A stretch of DNA of 56,526 bases, the filler included, from Platydemus manokwari (lineage: Eukaryota), in assembly GCA_037951405.1 (NCBI GenBank). It is 5 parts of 5 records of this genome, joined end to end, with 100 filler letters (N's around TTAATTAATTAA, not from the genome) between each part and the next. Parts side by side here need not be neighbours in the genome. Positions count along the whole stretch, not along the records: positions 42,955 to 56,526 come from JBBMOY011685844.1; 4 more parts are not named here. One strand, written 5' to 3'. Of this stretch, positions 53,601 to 56,526 are shown in pieces (position 1 is the stretch's first letter; every line of letters starts with the position of its first letter). The notes beneath the pieces are model-generated. The model did no database searches. It was not told where the DNA came from and saw only the letters and a program-made list of their open reading frames with translations. A program made the translations under genes and the position numbers.

Positions 53601-55021
53601 CAACTGAATTTTAAATGGATGACAACATTCAATTCCATTTTCTTAATTAACGATTTCACTACAAATCGTGTGACTGCAATAAGCACATTAAATTGATAAA
53701 TATAGAGTAAAAAATGTTTCAATTTCAGTTTGTATTGTCCCTCTTGAAAGCAATACTTATAACTCTAATAAATACTCTTCAAAAACGAATCTACATCAAT
53801 ACAACTCCAAATCATCAATCTAATCGCACATTACAACAGATGGTCTTGGACTAATTTAAATGACACCGAAATTTCGAATCTATTTACTTTTCACATTCAG
53901 TAAAGATTCTGATGCAATGTTGTGTACAATGTTTATCGAATTATTCTCAATCCAGACATGAATGAGTTCAACCCAACGCATTAACTTATCTGATAATGTC
54001 ATAATTGAGTTTATATATGCCTTCCAGATTTCGGCTATTTTAAAGATTAGAACCGCATCAATTTAATCGACTTTTCAATTTTATAAGCTTTGAAAACAAA
54101 ATCGCCAAAACAGCAATAACATTCAATTTTACTATTTTCAACGAATTTTCTATGCTTTTCTTATAGTTGAGCCAATTGATGGGATAAAATTTTTATTAAA
54201 ATAATAATTCAATTTTTATCAAATGACAAATTATGTAAATAGATTTTAAATTTTAATTCATAATAAGGATTGATAATTTTATATGATAGTTATATATCTT
54301 TTCCACTCACACTTTCATCCCACATATGTTAAATAAATGATCATTGTAGGACAATACATTTTACTGTAGATATTTTAATTTTTATCACTATCTTCATTGT
54401 CCAACATTGGGTTGCTTTTATTTTTATTGCATATTACATATTGCGTCCTTCATACTTGTAAGCTACTATTAGTTTATGTGGCAAGCTTTTAAAATGGACT
54501 GTAAAGCCACGACATCAAATCATATATTTAAATATAATTAAATAAATAAATTAATATAATTATAAATAAAATCTGAATTAAATATTTAATAATTTAATTC
54601 ATTTAAAAACTCTCACATTACTCTTTCTTTAAAATCTTTGATTTTATTTGTATTCTTAATCGTCTCGGTATTCTCTACATATTTATCTCTACATAAAAAT
54701 CTCTAATTCTTCTATTTTCTTTATATCGTTCTTTGTCTCTTTTATATCTTCTCTACAGCTTCTTTATATCTTCTCAATATTTGCCTCCTTCTCTTCCATA
54801 GTTTTCAGTCATTGGTCTTCCTCAGATTCGAGTCCCGATGCGTGGTGACCACATAGTTATTACTATTTTTAAAAGCACTCATTAAAATTGATCTGAAAAT
54901 TCACGGCACCAAAATATCTATTAAAAACGATTATTAAAACAAATTAATATAATTTTATATAAAACTTGAATTAAATTTTTAGAAAATGTAATTCGTTTAA
55001 AAATTCTTACAATAATATTAA

Positions 55022-55092
55022 CACATTGACGGACAGTAGGAACAAATTAAGTTCGAAATTGACGGCTATAAACGCATTTTTCCGTCAACGTG
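55022..55092. mobile_element. Tiny piggyBac-type MITE (71 bp)
   Basis: TTAA-CACATTGACGGA ... TCCGTCAACGTG-TTAA; 11/12 inverted match. Confidence 0.75.
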
Positions 55093-55602
55093 TTAATAAA
55101 TGTCTTCAAAACATTTTATGAAATTGTAATTTTAAATTCAGTTTTTAAATTTAAATTAAAATTTCATTTTTATCATCAGTATGTCAAAATCGTGGACTGC
55201 ATATTTCTTTTGATTTAAAATTTATTTCTATGACATGAAGATTGTAGTTTGAATTGGAATTGATTCTAAAATTACATTCAATTAATTATCATTAATGATA
55301 AATTTATTGAACACTACTTTAATTAGACATTTTCTAAATGGGCAGATAATTTCAGTGGTTCCAGTATAAAATTTTAAAAATTTTTTCAATCCATTTTGAA
55401 AATATTAATATCATATATATTCTTAGTTAAATAAATTCATACTTTAAAAAAATGATAAAATAATACCAGCTTATCTAAATCAAAATGATATCTTCAACAG
55501 CATAACAAAACAAAGTTGAGCTATACAAAAATCATTCAAAAATCCATTGATTTGATTAATCCGACAACTGAGAAGTTGAATAAAAAATTTAAATAAATAA
55601 TA

Positions 55603-56292
55603 AATCAACCGATTCTTCTCTTCATCGTATATTTTCGAATTATTGTCTCACAACATATGCATGATAGATTCCCAATTGAATGCAATGTCGGAGGAAATAT
55701 TTATAAGTTATGTTAAAAGAAATATCAATAGTAATGAACGATACAATGCATTTTCTGGAAAAAATCGAATTATCTTGAAGTCATCTTGAAAACAATATCA
55801 ATGTTACAGTCAATAAGATTGTCCTAAGTGTCGAGAGAATAAGTTGGCTTTAGTTATTTTTCCGTATGGAATGTGGAACGTTTCACATTGAATGTACTTA
55901 TCATTTTTGAACAAAAATATTCCGCAATATCATCAAAGAAGCCTTAATTCAATTTCCACTAAGAAATCATCTACATCATTAAATAATAATTGTCAATTTA
56001 TCCATTAACATATATATTAGAGATTTTCCTACAATTCGTCTTTATTGTTTATAATTGAGAATATTATGCTCGAGAAAATTGTTCGAGATGAGCTATTTTA
56101 CAACAAATCCAAAAAATGCCAATCCAAATAAAATGAGAGACATAACGAATCTTTGTGTCGCTCATCAAACAGAATTTCAATTTCTGATGGAAGATTGATT
56201 GATGGAAAAATGATTGCGATATATTGGCGAAAAGAGTTATTATATTTATTTTCTAAATATTTGTATTACTGGAGCGATGGTTTGCATTTGAT
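55603..56292 (+). other. Putative recoded exon
   Basis: Successive +1 segments of about 37, 24, 21, 31, 20, 15, 1, 24, 22, 1 and 30 codons, ending at a GT donor. Confidence 0.5.
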
Positions 56293-56526
56293 GTATTTAT
56301 TCAATATAGAAATTAAATGAATGAAGCCGATTTATTGGTCCTTTAATATTAACAGTATTGAGTTCACTCATTAACAAACACTTTTAGAAAAAATAATTAA
56401 AAAAATAATTGAATATTGGCGATATAATTAATTAATTACAAAGTGGTAAAATAAAAAATAAGAAAAAAAGAATAATAATGATAATAATAATAACACTGGT
56501 AATCATAATAAATTAAGTATTTATAT

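Larger units (their letters stand above)
45400..54910. repeat. Dispersed repeat family, at least 6 diverged copies (~45405-45620 +, 46850-46908 +, 52611-52666 -, 52887-52945 -, 53100-53320 -, 54640-54910 -)
   Basis: Shared core GT(C/T)GTG(A/T)CTTTTCA...GATGCG..TTT..AAAATAAT(A/G)GCG(A/G)CT(T/A)AC. The three long copies also share GGA(T/C)TCGA(A/T)TC(T/C)GA..AAGA(T/C)CA(A/T)TGA and a purine-rich tract. Confidence 0.8.

Noticed and set aside
1-56526. CRISPR arrays, rRNA, tRNA genes, prokaryotic operons
   Set aside because: None seen; the sequence is intron-containing eukaryotic DNA.

Overview
Very AT-rich eukaryotic DNA with 41-60 nt GT-AG introns; it resembles a flatworm/planarian genome (inference). 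The window is five contigs joined by artificial N44-TTAATTAATTAA-N44 linkers. Conventional genes: a CLK/LAMMER kinase (9 coding exons resolved, N-terminus unresolved), NudC (3 exons), an intronless SLC16/MCT transporter, a CCDC33-like C2-domain gene, an 807-codon acidic IQ-motif exon and one FRAS1/FREM-type Calx-beta exon. There are also decayed Ty3/Gypsy elements, piggyBac-type MITEs, a mariner end and a dispersed repeat family. Main observation: much of the apparently non-coding DNA forms spliced, exon-like blocks with frequent in-frame TAA/TAG/TGA. These read as continuous protein-like sequence if the T of every in-frame stop is skipped (+1 shift, equivalent to 4-nt TAAN/TAGN/TGAN units). 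The best anchor is CCDC33 exon 4, where C2-domain similarity runs across four such stops. At least nine further blocks on both strands behave the same way, while NudC, the CLK kinase domain and MCT contain no internal stops. This suggests gene-restricted stop-codon-triggered +1 frameshifting (or U-deletion editing) in an animal. It is a hand-derived hypothesis and needs homology searches, RNA-seq, ribosome profiling and proteomics.
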